Source of the DNA: Hemiscyllium ocellatum
Taxonomy: Eukaryota
DNA: 64,000 bases
NCBI RefSeq assembly: GCF_020745735.1
Contig: NC_083435.1
Span: forward strand, 13,733,201 to 13,797,200
Direction: 5' to 3'
Under the pieces are notes generated by a model that did not search any database, had not been told where the DNA came from, and saw nothing but the letters and a program-made list of their open reading frames with translations. Positions 25,842-38,800 of this stretch are shown here, piece by piece. A program made the translations under genes and the position numbers. Each line of letters starts with the position of its first letter. Positions within the stretch are counted from its first letter, which is position 1.

Positions 25842-27039
25842 AGCGAGTTTTGGGAAGATTTGTAACTCCGATTAAGGTTCTGGATGTAGGTTTGCTCGTT
25901 AAGCTGAAAGTTTCATTTTCAGATGTTTCGTCACCATACTAGGTAACATCTTGAGTGAGCCTCTGGACGAGGCACTGCTGATAATTTCTGGTCCTATTCA
26001 ATGTTTTTGTTGATAGTGTTCCAGTTGGAATGCCATGCTTCTAGAATTCCAACTAGAACTCTATCACCAAACACATTGACTAGGACTGAGAGACACCAGT
26101 CAGTGTACAGATATCATCCTGAGAGAGGGGGGGGGGGGGACTGAGAGACACCAGTCAGTGTACAGATATCTCCCTGCGAGAGAGAAAGGGGGGACTGAGA
26201 GACACCAGTCAGTGTACAGATATCACCCTGAGATAGAGAGAGGGGGACTGAGAGACACCAGTCAGCGTACAGATATCTCCCTGAAAGAGAGGGGGCTGAG
26301 AGACACCAGTCAGCGTACAGATATCTCCCTGAAAGAGAGGGGGCTGAGAGACACCAGTCAGTGTACAGATATCTCCCTGAGAGAGAGGGGGGGGGGGACT
26401 GAGAGACACCAGTCAGTGTACAGATATCTCCCTGCGAGAGAGAAAGGGGGGACTGAGAGACACCAGTCAGTGTACAGATATCACCCTGAGATAGAGAGAG
26501 GGGGACTGAGAGACACCAGTCAGCCTACAGATATCTCCCTGAAAGAGAGGGGGCTGAGAGACACCAGTCAGCGTACAGATATCTCCCTGAAAGAGAGGGG
26601 GCTGAGAGACACCAGTCAGTGTACAGATATCTCCCTGAGAGAGAGGGGGGGGGACTGAGAGAAACCAGTCAGTGTACAGATATCTCCTTGAGAGAGAGAG
26701 GGGGGACTGAGGGACACCAGTCAGTGTACAGATATCTCCCTGAGAGATAAGGGGGGGGGACTGCGAGACACCAGTCAGCATACAGATATCTCCCTGAGAG
26801 AGAGAGGTGACTAAGAGACACCAGTCAGTGTACAGAATCTCCCTGAGAAAGAGAGGGGGACTGAGAGACACCAGTCAGTGTACAGATATCTCCCTGAGAG
26901 AGAGATAGGGGACTGAGAGACGCCAGAAAGCAGGAATCATCAGCAGTGCTTCGACCGGATGCTCACAAAAGATATTACCTAGTATGGTGACGAAACGCCT
27001 GAAAATGGACCTTCCAGCTCAGCGACCAAACCTGCATCC
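25842..27039. mobile_element. Penelope-type fold-back insertion with inverted arms
   Basis: Arms 25881-25986 and about 26934-27040 are inverted and roughly 85% identical. A PLE ORF C-terminal remnant (EAWHSNWNTINK) lies on the minus strand at about 25990-26040. The insertion is flanked by ATATATAAATG at 25831-25841 and 27040-27050. Confidence 0.7.
26084..26925. repeat. Minisatellite, about 48-55 nt unit, 16 full copies plus a partial
   Basis: Unit gactgagagacaccagtcagtgtacagatatctccctgagagagag(g)n. Length variation comes from the GA and G runs. Confidence 0.95.
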
Positions 27040-29179
27040 ATATATAAATGGTTTGGATGAAATGTCCTTAGTCTGATTAGGAAGCTTGCACATGATGCAA
27101 GAATTGGTAGAGTTGTGGTTAGTAATGAAGGATTGTAATGGATGTAGAAGGATATGGATTTAGTTGAAAAATTGGATGGAGAAATGGCAGATAGTACTTA
27201 ATCCCAACGAGCGTGATGTGATGAATTTTGGGAGGTCAAATGCAGTTGGAAAGATTATGTACGTGGCAGGACACCTAGAAGCATTGATATACAGAGGGAT
27301 ATTGTGGCCCAAGTCCAGAGCTCCTTGAAGGTGACAACAGAAGTGGATAAAGTGATAAGGAAGGCAAATAGCATTCTCACCTTCATTGGTTGGGCTGCTG
27401 AATATAAAGGTTGGCAAGTCAGGTAGCATCTATATATAACTTTGGTCAGACAGATTTGGTATACTCTATGCACACTATAGGAAGGATGTGGAGGCTTTGG
27501 AGATGGTGCAATAATTTTACCAATTACCTGGACTGGATTGTATTAAGTATAAGGGAAAGTTGGACAAACTTGGATTTTTTTTTCACTATCGCATCAGAAG
27601 CTGAGGCATTCCCTAACAGAAGTGTATTAAATTAAGAGAGCCATGGATAGGGTGATAGTCGACATTTTTTTTCCCAGCGTCAAATGCTAGGGGCATAAGT
27701 TTAAGGTGAGAGGGAGAACATTTAAAAGAGATGTGTGAGAAAAGTAATTTTTATAAAAGAGTATGAGGTGCCTGGAATGCATTGCCAGGGGAGGAAATTA
27801 GACAGACAAGTGAATCGAGGGATGCAAGCCATGTGCAGGCAGATTGGATTAGTTTAGGGGGGAAAGATTTAAAAGGATCGTAAGGGGCAGCGTTTTCAAA
27901 CAGAAGGTGGTGTGTGTATGGAATGAGCTACCAGAGGAAGTGGTGGACGCTGGCAAAATTATAACATTAAAAGGCATCTGGATGGGTATAGAATAGGAAG
28001 GGTTCAGAGGATATAGGCCAAATGGGACAACATTTGTTTGCGATATCTGATCATCATGGATGCATTGAATGGAAGAGTCTGTTCAAATGCTGTACATCTC
28101 TATGACTCTAATAGCATCAAGGTCATCATAGGCATAGTTGGCTGATGGGCCTGTTCCCGTGCTGTATTGTTCTATGTTCTATATTCTATCTCACTAACCT
28201 GAGATGCAACTTTAGATGTCCTTCAGAGTTTCTACCACAAAATGCATATTCAGCATTACACTGAACACTTCATTCGTGATGAAATGCTTTGTATTTATTC
28301 TGTACGTTAAAATCTCAGAGCCAAGCATGAGGCTAATGCTTGAATTAAATGTCCCTTCAAAAATAAATTGTGTTTCTTTCTACTTAAGTTTCTTTCTGCC
28401 TGTCCCCTCCGCTTAGAATGCTAATTTTAACAAGAAGCGAACATATCTTCACAAGCATTTCCAATTCCTAATTGGTCTGAAACCAAATATTTTGCTAGCT
28501 TATTTATATGGCAGTTAAGAGTACATTTAAGATAATTCGCCTCCCTTAACATATTAGTGATTCCGGTACGGTTCTGCTTTACAACAATTGGTTGTACCAT
28601 CACTGACTCTAGAAATATTTCCAGGTTCAATGGATATAATCGCAACTGCTATGGGACTACTTGGAGGATGACACTGGATTACAGGTCAACTGACATTACC
28701 AACGGACGTTTCTCCAAACACTAAATTGGTTTAAATACGTTCAGTAAATAGAGAATTGAGAACATTGTCTATAATTGCCGATCAAATTGTCAAGGAAGCG
28801 TAATCAGAATCACAAGGTTAGGTTATGAAACAGTTTCTTAACTGCTTTCCAAAGAATCTAATGAGCCAAATATTCATTTCATTATTAAACTAATCAAATG
28901 CGCTATTAGTTTTATTCCTGAAAATTTGCAGATAGACTCGTTCTTACCGTGTGTTTTGTTTCGATTACACACAAAAAGGAACTGTTGTACTCTTTCTGGT
29001 AATAATAAAACTTATAGGTGAGATCCTTATGTTCAATCAACATAGCTAACATTAGCTAACTCTGTGGGTGAGCCATACGCATAAAGCGCTCGGCGGACTT
29101 TGCTTCAGTGGGAATCTATTTTTAGCTGGAAACTTCTCACCAAGGTCAACAGACAATACAAGACTTTAGTGAAAAGATA

Positions 29180-31245
29180 AATCTCTCTCGGCTGAAGTAG
29201 GTCATTCATCCCATCGTGTCGGCTCCGCATGTCAAAGAGATAGCAGTTGATAAGATCATCAAATCATCCTCAATTCCATTTTCCTGTGCTTTCTCCATAG
29301 ACGTCGATTCCCTTCCTGGTTAAAAATCTAGCTCACATTTGAATATACTTAATAATCTAATGTGAACGGCCCTCTGCAGTTAAGAATTCACAGATTCATT
29401 ACCCTTTAAAATAAGCAATCCCTTCTCATCTTAGTCTAAATGTGCGACTCCTAATTCTGATATTATGCCCTCTGATCCTAGATTCACTCACAATGGAAAT
29501 GACTTTTCTGCGTCTATCTGGTCAAGTCCCCTAGCACTCTCAGATGTTTTCCTAACAAATTACAGACCAAATCTACACCACCTTTTCCCAAAAAGATAAT
29601 CCCTCCAGGCCAAGTATCAGTCTAGTGAGCCTGATGTGAGCTGCCTTCAATGCCAATACTGTATATTTTTTCCATAACTCTTTGGATAATTCTAGCTGTT
29701 TTTTAATATCGTTTTACTTTTATACTGTATTCTCTTTGAAATAAAAATGGACGTTTTGTTTGCCTTCCCTATTACCCACTGAACTTGGATGCTAGTTTAT
29801 TGTGATTCATGGATGAGGATACCCAAATGTCTCTGTTCAGTAGCTTCCTACCGTGTTTCTCCATTTAAGTAATATTCAGCTCCTACTCTGTTCTACCTGC
29901 CAAAATCTCACATTTTCCCACATTATATTGTATCTGCCCAGTTTTTGCCCTCTCCTAACATCTCTATATACTTATGAAAACTTTTATGTCATCCTCACTG
30001 CTTACCTTCCTACCTATTTTTGTGTCATCCGCAAAATTAGCGCTAATACATTCAATTTCCTCATCCAAGTCACTAATATATATTGTAAATAACTGTAGCC
30101 CCAGCAATAATTCTTGGAGCACACAACTAGCTACAGGTCACAATGCCAAAATGCCCCCCCCCCCTTACCTCAACTCTGCCTTCTGTTAGTTACTGAACCT
30201 CTGTCCATGCCAGTAGACCACCTTGAGCACTATAGGTTCTTATCTTATTACCCTAATGTGTAATATATTATCAATCGCCTTCTGAAAATCCAAATAGATT
30301 ACACTCACTGCACCACCTCTATCTCTTCTGCATGATAACTCATCAAACAATTCCAGTAAAATTGTCAGGCATGATTTTCCCTTCACTAAGCTATACTGAC
30401 TCTGCTTGACAGCGTTACGTATTTGTAAAGGCTATCCTACTGCATACTTTGTCATTGACTTTAGAGGTTTTCACAACACAGACGTTAGGCTAACTAGTGT
30501 ACAGTTCCATGTGGTTATTATTGTTTTGTCTCCTTCCATTTTTAAATACAGATTTTACATTGACAGTTTTCCCACCTCTGAGACGTTTCCAGAATCTAAG
30601 GATTCCTGTAAGTTTACTACCAGTGCATCCATTATCTCTCTAGCTATTCCATTTAATATATGATTTGGAGGTGCCGGTGTTGGACTGTGGTGGAAAACAT
30701 TAAAAATCACACAACACCAGCTTATAGTCCAACAGGTTAATTTGGAAGCACTAGCTTTTGAAACATTGCCTGATGATGAAGCAGTGCTTCAGAAGCTAGT
30801 GCTTTCAAATAAACCTGTTGGTTTATAACCTGGTGTTGTGTGATCATTTAATTTACTAAGGTGCATTGCATCATGTCTGGGAATCTTATCTGCTTTAAGA
30901 CTGGTTAGCTGCCCTAGCACTTTCTTCTCTGGTGATTTATTTCCTCTCATCCTTTTACCCTTTAAATAGTTCTTCATTGTGGAGTGCTGCTTGTGTCTTC
31001 CACTGTGAAGACCTGATGCAAAATTTATTTTTCATTCAACCCACTCACCACTTCATTGTTCCTCATTATTATTTCCCCAGGTTCATTATGTCAATGATGT
31101 GTTCAGTTTGGCTGCGATCAGAAATCTAAAGAAATGTTTTCCTGACCATCCTGATATTACTTGCAAGTATACACTAAAAGTTCATTTTCTCCATTTTCTG
31201 GTCATCTTTTGTTAAGTTTTAAACATTCTCAATCCTCTAGTTTAT
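29180..31245 (-). mobile_element. Old CR1-like LINE remnant
   Basis: Reverse-strand RT remnants (gtcatccgcaaaatt = KFADD-like) and a degenerate 3' region. Confidence 0.6.
30655..30850. mobile_element. Penelope terminal-repeat fold-back (cacacaacaccagg family)
   Basis: Two inverted copies meet at about 30770. There is a degenerate hammerhead CTGATGA-TGAAGC-AGT-GCTTCA-GAAG at about 30769-30795. Confidence 0.7.
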
Positions 31246-31249
31246 CACT

Positions 31250-33545
31250 AATAGAACATAGAACATTACAGCGCAGTACAGGCCCCTCAGTCCTCGATGT
31301 TGCACCGAACTGTGAAACAAATCTGAAGCCCATCTAACCTACACTATTCCATTCTCGTCCCATATGCCTACCCAATGACCATTTAAGACTGTCCTTAAAG
31401 TTAGTGAATTTACTACTCATAGAATCATAGAGTCATAAAGATATACAGCATGGAAACAGACTCTTCAGTCTAACCCATCCATGCTGATCAGATATCCCAA
31501 CCCAATCTAGTCCCACCTGCCAGCACCTGGCCCATATCCCCCACAAATCCTTCATATTCATATAAACATCCAAATGCCTGTTAAATGTTGCATTTGTACT
31601 CGCCTCCACCATTTTCTCTTGCAGCTGATTCCATAAGCATACCACCCTCTGTGTGAAAACGTTGCCTCATACGTCTCTTTTATGTCTTTCCCCCCTCACC
31701 CTAAACCTATGCACTCTAGTTCGGGACTCCCCGACCCCAGGGAAAAGACTTTGTCTACTTACCCTATCCATGCCCCTCATAATTTTGTAAACCTCTATAA
31801 AGTCACCCCTCAGCCTCTGACGCTCCAGGGAAAACAGCCCCAGCCTCTCCCTATAACTCCAGCCTCCAGTCTGAAAAATAACTCTCCACCACCACCCTCT
31901 GTCTTCTACCTTTGAGCCAGTTCTGTATCCAAATGGCTAGTTCTCCCTGTATTCTGTGAGATCTAACCATGCTAATCAGTCTCCCATGAGGAACCTTGTC
32001 GAACGCCTTACTGAAGTACATATAGATCATATCTACCGCTCTGCCCTCATCAATCCACTTCGTTACTTTTTGAAAAAACTGAATCAAACCTTTGAGATAT
32101 GATTTCCCACGCACAAAGCCATGTTGATTATCCCTAATCAGTCCTTGCCTTTCCACATACATGTACTTCCTGTCCCTCAGGATTCCCTCCAACAACTTGC
32201 CCACCCCTGACATCAGGCTCACTAGTCTATAGTTCCCTGGCTTGTCCTTACCACCTTTCTTAAACAGTGGCACCACGTTAGCCAACCTCCAGTCTTCTGG
32301 CACGTCACCTGTGACTAGCGATGATGCAAATATCTCAGCAAGAGGCCCAGCAATCACTTCTCCAGCTCTGTCATAGTTCTAGGCTACACCTAATCAGGTT
32401 CTGGGGATTTATCCACCTTAATGTGCTTCAAGACATCCAATACTTCCTCGTCTGTAATTTGAATATTTTGCAAGGTGTCACCATCTATTTGCCTACTTTC
32501 TATATCTTACATGTCCTTTTCACAATAAATATTTTGCAAACCCCTCATTTAGTATCTCCCCCATTTTCTGGCGGCTCCACACAAAGGCCACCTTGCTGAT
32601 CTTTTAGGGGCTCCATCCTCTCCCTGGTTACCCTTTTGTCCTTAATGTATTTGTAAAAACCTTTTGGATTCTCCTTAACCCTATTTATCAAAGCCCTCTC
32701 TTGTCCCCTTTTTGCCCTCTGATTTCCCTCTTAAGTATACTCCTACTGCCTTTTAAGGATTCACTCGATCTATACCTTATATATGCTTGCTTCGTTTTCT
32801 TAACCAACCCCTCAGTTTCTTCTGTCATCTAATATTCCCTTTACCTACCAACCTTTACTTTCACCCTGACAGAAATATACTTCCTTTAGATTCTCGTTCC
32901 CTCATTTCTGAAGGCTTCCTATTTTCCGTCCATCCCTTTACCTGCGAACATCTGCCCCCAATCAGCTTTCAAAGGTTCTTGCCTATTACCATCAAATCTT
33001 GTCTTTCTCCAATTTAGAACTTCAACTTTTAGATCTGGTCCATCATTTTCTATCTCTATTTTAAATCTAATAGAATTATGGTCCCAGAGTGCTCCCCCAT
33101 TGACACCTCAGCTACCTGCCGTGCCTTATTTCCTAAAAGTATATCAGGTTTTGCACCTTCTCTAGTAGGTACATCCACATACTGACTGCTGTTGCCGGCA
33201 ATGCGTTCCACGCCCCTACCCTCTCTGAACAAAGAAACTACCTCTAACATCTGTCTTATATCTGTCACTCCTCAATTTTAAGCTATGTCCACTCCTGCTA
33301 GCCATTGCCATCCGAGGAAAAAGGCTCTCACTGTCTAACTTATCTAACCCTCTGATTATTTTATATGTCTCAATTAAGTCACCTCTCAACCTTCTTCACT
33401 CTAACAAAAACAGCCTCAAGTCCCTCAGCCTTTCCTCATAAGACATTCCTACCTTACCGGGCAACATCCTAGTAAATCTCCTCTGAACCCTTTCCAAAAC
33501 TTCCACATCCTTCGGATAATGCGGTGTTGCCACATTGTATCTTTT
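31250..33545 (-). mobile_element. CR1 LINE fragments (nested 3' ends plus RT region)
   Basis: catagaa tails at 31251 and 31420. ORF 31851-32357 is CR1 RT (WRLANVVPLFKKG, FSKAFDKVPHGRL). Confidence 0.92.
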
Positions 33546-34649
33546 ACCTTTCAATCTTATACTGTCTTTATAAGATAGCATCTCTGCTTGGGTTCATTTT
33601 TGCTTAGAAACCTTCTTCATTACTGGACCATGTCTTTTCAATGAGACGTGAGTTATTGCAGTGGGCCATAAACTATGACCAGCACCTTTGTTATTCTTTA
33701 TACCGCAAAAACGATATAGCGGGGAATCAAAAGGGGTGGTGAATAATTTAAATCTTAATCGCGTTTGTCATTCATCCGTCCTTTTCAATCAAGTTAGATT
33801 AACAAATGTAACTAACATGAACGATTGGGCTCTACGGATGCAGATAAAGATCATTAATTGTTTAAATTGATCTTGGAGAATATGTGCATAACCAGCATAA
33901 AATCTACGTTCAGCCTCAACACACCTCAACAAGCAACGTGACTCCCTGCGGATTGTCGTTTCAAACGAAGTGATCGAACGTTTAAAGTAAACGCAAAGGA
34001 TTATGCAGCCCCTCTCACGTCTGTGGAAAGCACGTTCACCACCGAACAGACAATTTGAACAAACTACCAATCCGCTGTTCAACGCTTCTCCCGAAACGCG
34101 GCGCCTTCAATGCCAGAGCACCAACCTTGATTGTTCTGCTTAAGCCTGCCTGAGGGCGGCGTGGTGGGGGGAGTTCACAACCGCCTGATGAAGGGTCATG
34201 AATGCTGACTGTCGCGTCAATGAGCCCAGGTGCCAATCACCTGCAAACCTTCGCTCAGGGTCTGGTCTGCTGGCTAAATGTTGACGATAGCAATAACCGT
34301 AAACATTGCATAGAAACATAAGAGGTCCTACAATGTAGGTGGAAGCCATCCGGCCCATCTTTTGGTCCGCTCTATAAGAGAACCAGTCCTTTCTTTCATC
34401 CCCTTTGTGCATCATCAAGGCCATTGTCACGGAGAAATATGCAGCTGGCGGGTAGGGAAACTCCACGATCTAAACATAATATCACACCTACAAGACATGT
34501 GGGTAATTGTCTTGTTTCATGGTCTGCGTTTCCGACTTATCGAACACTGTCATCAATATGTTTATCTCCAATTCCAGAACTCTAAAGGAGATGGTTTTAA
34601 AGGCGACGCTGTTCAGTTGCAGCCACGAATTGCATATCCTGTGTGATCT

Positions 34650-34757
34650 ACGTGGAGACCACAAATAATTCCATTCACGCTTCGAGAACGATTAATAATG
34701 TGTTTCTCTCGCCTTCTAGATTCACTTATCTGCAACCTCTTCACAAATTCAGAGAGC
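34650..34757 (+). promoter_or_regulatory. Putative proximal promoter of the receptor gene with RUNX and GATA motifs
   Basis: ACCACA (RUNX) at 34658-34663 and CTTATCT (GATA, reverse) at 34725-34731, within about 100 nt of the ATG. Short motifs that can occur by chance. Confidence 0.25.
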
Positions 34758-34815
34758 ATGGTTTTCCGACAACTGCTGGTCCTAATGCTGTCGATCAGCT
34801 TTCCGAGCAGCGCAG
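34758..34815 (+). CDS. Exon 1 (signal peptide) of a V-TM-ITIM IgSF receptor
   Basis: ATG at 34758 reads MVFRQLLVLMLSISFPSSA plus 1 nt (n-region Arg, hydrophobic core, small residues at the end). It is followed by a consensus donor CAG|GTGAGT in phase 1, which matches the phase of the V exon. Confidence 0.88.
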
Positions 34816-34988
34816 GTGAGTTCCACTGATTTTTGCCGCTCCAAATCGAGAATAGAAAATACTGTTATTTTGCTTGCAAATATTAGACAGACCAATGGTG
34901 TTATAAGAACCTGGACTGGTTGAAATGTCCACAGAACGTCAAGCGCCTGCAACTCAGAGAACGCTGATACGTGAAACATTTGTACAAT

Positions 34989-35287
34989 CATAGAATCGCT
35001 GTGGGAGCAGGTCCACACCGACCCTCCCAGACCCATTGTCCTACACTATTCCTCTACGTTTACCCTTAACGAATGCATCTAACCTACATATCCCTGAATA
35101 CACTAGGCAATTTAACATGGACAATCCACCCTAACCTGCACATCTTTGGATTGTGGGAGGAAACTGGAGCACCCGCAGGAAACCTACACAGACACGGGGA
35201 GAATGTGCAAACTCCACACAGACAGTCGCCCAATCGAATCCGGGTCCCTGGCACCGTGAGGCAGCGGTGCTAAATTGTGCCGCTCCC
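34989..35287 (-). mobile_element. HE1-like V-SINE in intron 1
   Basis: Reverse complement of the same head and central domain (acacggggagaatgtgcaaactccacacagac). Confidence 0.85.
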
Positions 35288-36469
35288 GCATTTATATCCT
35301 AAAGCCTGGACGCACAGAGGTGGAGTTTCTGCCAGAATCTCCCTATCTCCCGCTTGGAACTTTGATGGGAGACCGTCTGTTTAATTATCTCATCCTACTT
35401 CGCATCGAAATTACGCCGAAGGGTTATAGATATTTCTGGCGAATGTTTTAATTGAGTTAAAGCCGATTGGTGAAGCGTTGGTGACAGGAATTGACGTCCA
35501 TGTTAGATTTCTCAACAATAATTGAAAGGCAAGGTTCAATTCTGAAGCACATTGCATAATTCAATGCCATGTAAATTCATAGATTTTTTTTAATTAACAA
35601 GCACGTGCAATAATTATAACATAATCGTTTGCTTTCATACTGTTCGAGGGATGAACGCCTCGCTGACATTTGTGTTGTTCACAGGATTATTCGCCCAGGC
35701 TTTGGTGTTGTCTAGATATTGCTGCTTGGGGATTGCTTAGATATCTGAGCAATTGTGGATTCAGCACAAGCGCTGTTTGATCGTCCTTGAACTTCCCCAT
35801 AATCTTAGCCTCCTGACCTGATATCGTCGATCAGGCAAAGTCAGCATTTTCCAGCCGTCTGGTGGATCTGCATTCTAACAGTGGCCTTCACAATGTCGGA
35901 CGAAGCACGTTGTTACTAACAATTCCCAACTTCCCCTGAACACCAACCGGCCAACATCCACTGCCGGTGTAACCCAAAACTACAGGCATTATTTGTGGCA
36001 GTCACCTCACTTCGTTTGTACCCTTATTTTCACCCTTATCAAAACTTCTGCTAATCTTCCGTCTTTCTGTTCCTCCTGTACTATCCCTTTTCTCGATCCT
36101 ACGTCAATGAAACATCCTCATTTTGTATTCCCCACTATTCAATATCCACTCTGGCCCCAGCTCTTCTTCTGATTGCTTTGCTCCCGTGATCTGTTCTACT
36201 CCAAATCACAACGCCGTTTTGATTTCTCTTTGCAAACCACACTGCACCTTGTGTGTGTTTTTTAATTGAATTACATTTCCTTGAAGTTCAGAGCTCGCTT
36301 CGACATTTCAACAACAAGAGTAAGGGAGCAGTAATGCTTGGAATATGAGATCTGGAAAGTGTTATATCAGTACAGCGTGCATTGTCACATCTCCTAGGAT
36401 AACCGCTTTGTAAGATTAAGGGCTCGCCAGCTATCGGGAACACAATCACTTGCTCGTCTTAAATACATG

Positions 36470-36810
36470 ACGTTAAAAATCACACAACACCAGGTTGTTG
36501 TCCAATAGATTTATTTGGAAGTACAAGCTTTCGAAGCACTGCTCTCTCGTCAGGTAGCTAATGGGGCAAGACCATAGAACATATAATTTATAGCAAACTA
36601 TCAATTCAGTGTCCTATGATCCTGACCCACCAGCTACAGATAGTTTGCTATAAATTCTGTGTCCTATGATCCTGCCCCACTAACTACCTGAGGAAGGAGC
36701 AACGCTCCAAAACCTTGTATTTCCAAATAAACCTGTCGGACTGTAATTTGGCGTTGTTGTGACCTTTAACTTTGACCATCCGAGTCCAACACCGGCACCT
36801 CCACATCATA
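36470..36810. mobile_element. Penelope terminal-repeat fold-back in intron 1
   Basis: Inverted arms at about 36474-36600 and 36640-36770, each with a hammerhead-like motif (minus about 36528-36556, plus about 36686-36712). Confidence 0.75.
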
Positions 36811-37450
36811 AATATATGAACACCTTCATCAAAATAAAGTAGAGAAGGGGGGGGGGGTGTTCGCGCAAATGTTCACCGACCTTGCACAGCCTTGAATTTG
36901 TTTCCAGATAGTCTCATAGAGATGCACAGCACGGAAGCAGACCCTTCGGTCCAACTCGTCCATGCCGAACGGTTGTCAGATTGCACGCGATTTCATATCA
37001 GCGATTTGAGCAGAATCAAACCATTGACTTATTCGGAGCTTTGCTGTCCCCAGGTCGGCACATAACTCTCTTCACTTTTGCCCCGCTTTGTGAATGTTGC
37101 TGCGAATTCTTTAAGAGCAAGTACCCCGAACAACGAAGGGTCAATGTTGTCCCACATGAGTAGATAGCAATGATAACCAAAAAGAAAAATGGTCATCATA
37201 GAGGATCGTGAGAATGGATCAGCAGTTGCATTTTTATGATTTTAACTCTTGGTTCAGATCATAAGGCAGTGAAACGGGAGACCACAACAAATTGTTCATC
37301 TGGCTTCGTGGTTCAGACCGTATTGCATATGATGAAGATTTCATGCACTTTCGGCGGGCATGTGATATATGTTAATTTGCTAACACCTCCTGATTGTTTT
37401 ATATATACATGTGCGTATGTAAATATAAACGTCTCTTTTCTTTCTACCAG

Positions 37451-37792
37451 TGGGTACGAAGATGAATATCACTGTCTTCCAGTTCCCTCCCTTTATAACT
37501 GTAACAGAGGGGGAGTCTGTCATACTGAACTGTGCTTTAGACTTTGAAGGAACTTCATCTCCAGTTGGTGCAGTTTACTGGACGCGGGGTAAATCGGATG
37601 AGTACAAATTGGCTGATAGTCCCTTTTACACAGCTCGGCTGCAGAAATCGGGCAGTGATTCATTTGCTAAGAAAAGGGTCTTCATTAATATCTCCGACTT
37701 GATTGAGAAAGACTCGGACACCTATTACTGTAATATACACGTCTTTGGAGCAGAGAAAAGACATGGAAATGGAACCACACTGGAAGTGAAAC
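37451..37792 (+). CDS. Exon 2: Ig V-set domain with germline-joined J-like G strand (NKp30/CD28/PD-1-like)
   Basis: Acceptor tctcttttctttctaccag and donor C|GTAAGT, 342 nt, phase 1-1. B-strand Cys (VILNC), C-strand Trp 16 residues later, DSDTYYC F strand 66 residues after the first Cys, then GNGTTLEV. Sequons NIT, NIS and NGT. Confidence 0.95.
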
Positions 37793-38424
37793 GTAAGTGG
37801 CAACTAAGAATAATCATTTCTATTTAAAAAGCGGTCCTCTGCGGCAGACATCAGCTGGGAAATGCTGAAAAAAAATGGTTAAGGGCAATGACGACAGTGA
37901 AAGGTTAGGGAGCGGTGGGCAGAGAGCTAAATCTAAAATGAGTTGGAATGGAAGACCAATTTTTTTATGTATATATCTAGAAGTGTTGTTACACACAAGT
38001 GACCGTTTCTTTTTCTCGTCATCAAATCACCCGTTATCTATTTTATCTATTTAACACCCGTGATCTTCAACTGATTAATTTACATCCAAAGCCCAGTAAA
38101 TCACTCAATTGAGTGAATTACTGGTGCTGCACAGATGGTAACATCCAATCCGATCGCTGAAATGTACACCACAACAGTAAATCCATAATCCGTACCCTCC
38201 AACCCACCGTCCATTTAAAAAATATAAACGCGCACTTCTGGGTGCGTGTTAAAACACAGAGAGATGGAAAAACGGTGATGTCGTTGGACGAGGGGCGGCA
38301 CGGTGTCTCAGTGGTTAGCACTGCTTAGTTATCTAATTGGGGATAGACAGCAAACGTTGACCTAAGCAATGATGCTCAAATCCATGATTTGTGAAAATCC
38401 CTGCCTCTCATCCCAAGTAAATAC

Positions 38425-38690
38425 AAATGTTTCCATGACTTGATTTCGAGGAATTACAGGGGAGCTGGCTTCTGTGCCTGGGCATTAGTATCGAGCGTCA
38501 TACATCACATATAAGCCCAATTAACCTAATCATTATCACTCTGCTGTATGTGGAATCTTCCTAAGCGCAGCTTGGCTGTCATGTTTACTGGATTCCAGAA
38601 GTGGCTGCACTTCAAAACCAGTTTATTCCTTGCAAAGCACTTTGTGACATCCTGAAACCATGAAAGACACCACAGAAATGCAACCCTCAG
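38425..38690 (+). mobile_element. Old Deu-domain-type SINE in intron 2
   Basis: Matches my recollection of the DeuSINE central and 3' domain (cattatcac..tgctgt..gtgg...cacttcaaaa...aaagcacttt..gacatcctga...tgaaag). A related reverse copy is at about 9100-9270. Confidence 0.55.
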
Positions 38691-38800
38691 ATTACTGATA
38701 TGTTTTTACAATCATGCTATTTGTTATAACACAAAAACAGTTTTTCCTCATTATGCTCAGAATAAGATTTTGACATATTTATTTTCAATTCTTGTTTCAG

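Larger units (their letters stand above)
24180..28120 (+). mobile_element. Degenerate CR1 ORF2 region and 3' ends, interrupted at 25842-27050
   Basis: Endonuclease and RT remnants (SKAFVKVPHGRL, RSVLGPLLFVVYIN, KLHMMQEL) with ctatgactct and ttctatgttcta tails near 28100-28190. Confidence 0.8.

Noticed and set aside
26084-26925. CRISPR-like array, or the ORFs 26158-26658, 26209-26409 and 26467-26871
   Set aside because: The units are contiguous with no unique spacers, the DNA is eukaryotic and there are no cas genes. The ORFs are translations of the repeat.
31851-32357. Host reverse-transcriptase gene or active LINE (also 40059-40788, 41732-44924, 47989-48421, 53611-54325)
   Set aside because: All are CR1 fragments broken by stops, frameshifts and deletions. 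There is no intact ORF2.
34140-34466. 108-aa minus-strand ORF near the promoter
   Set aside because: Overlaps LINE 3'-tail-like sequence (catagaaacataag...) and has no domain features or splice context.
37793-37827. Secreted isoform by read-through of the V exon donor (RKWQLRIIISI*)
   Set aside because: The donor is a perfect GTAAGT and the short extension is what intron read-through normally gives. No supporting signal seen.
37451-37830. Rearranging Ig/TCR/NAR V segment
   Set aside because: V and J-like strands are in one exon, no RSS heptamer-nonamer is visible, no constant exon follows, and it joins a TM exon directly.
38293-38325. Isolated Pol III promoter in intron 2
   Set aside because: Only the first 33 nt or so of an HE1-like SINE head, with no B box.
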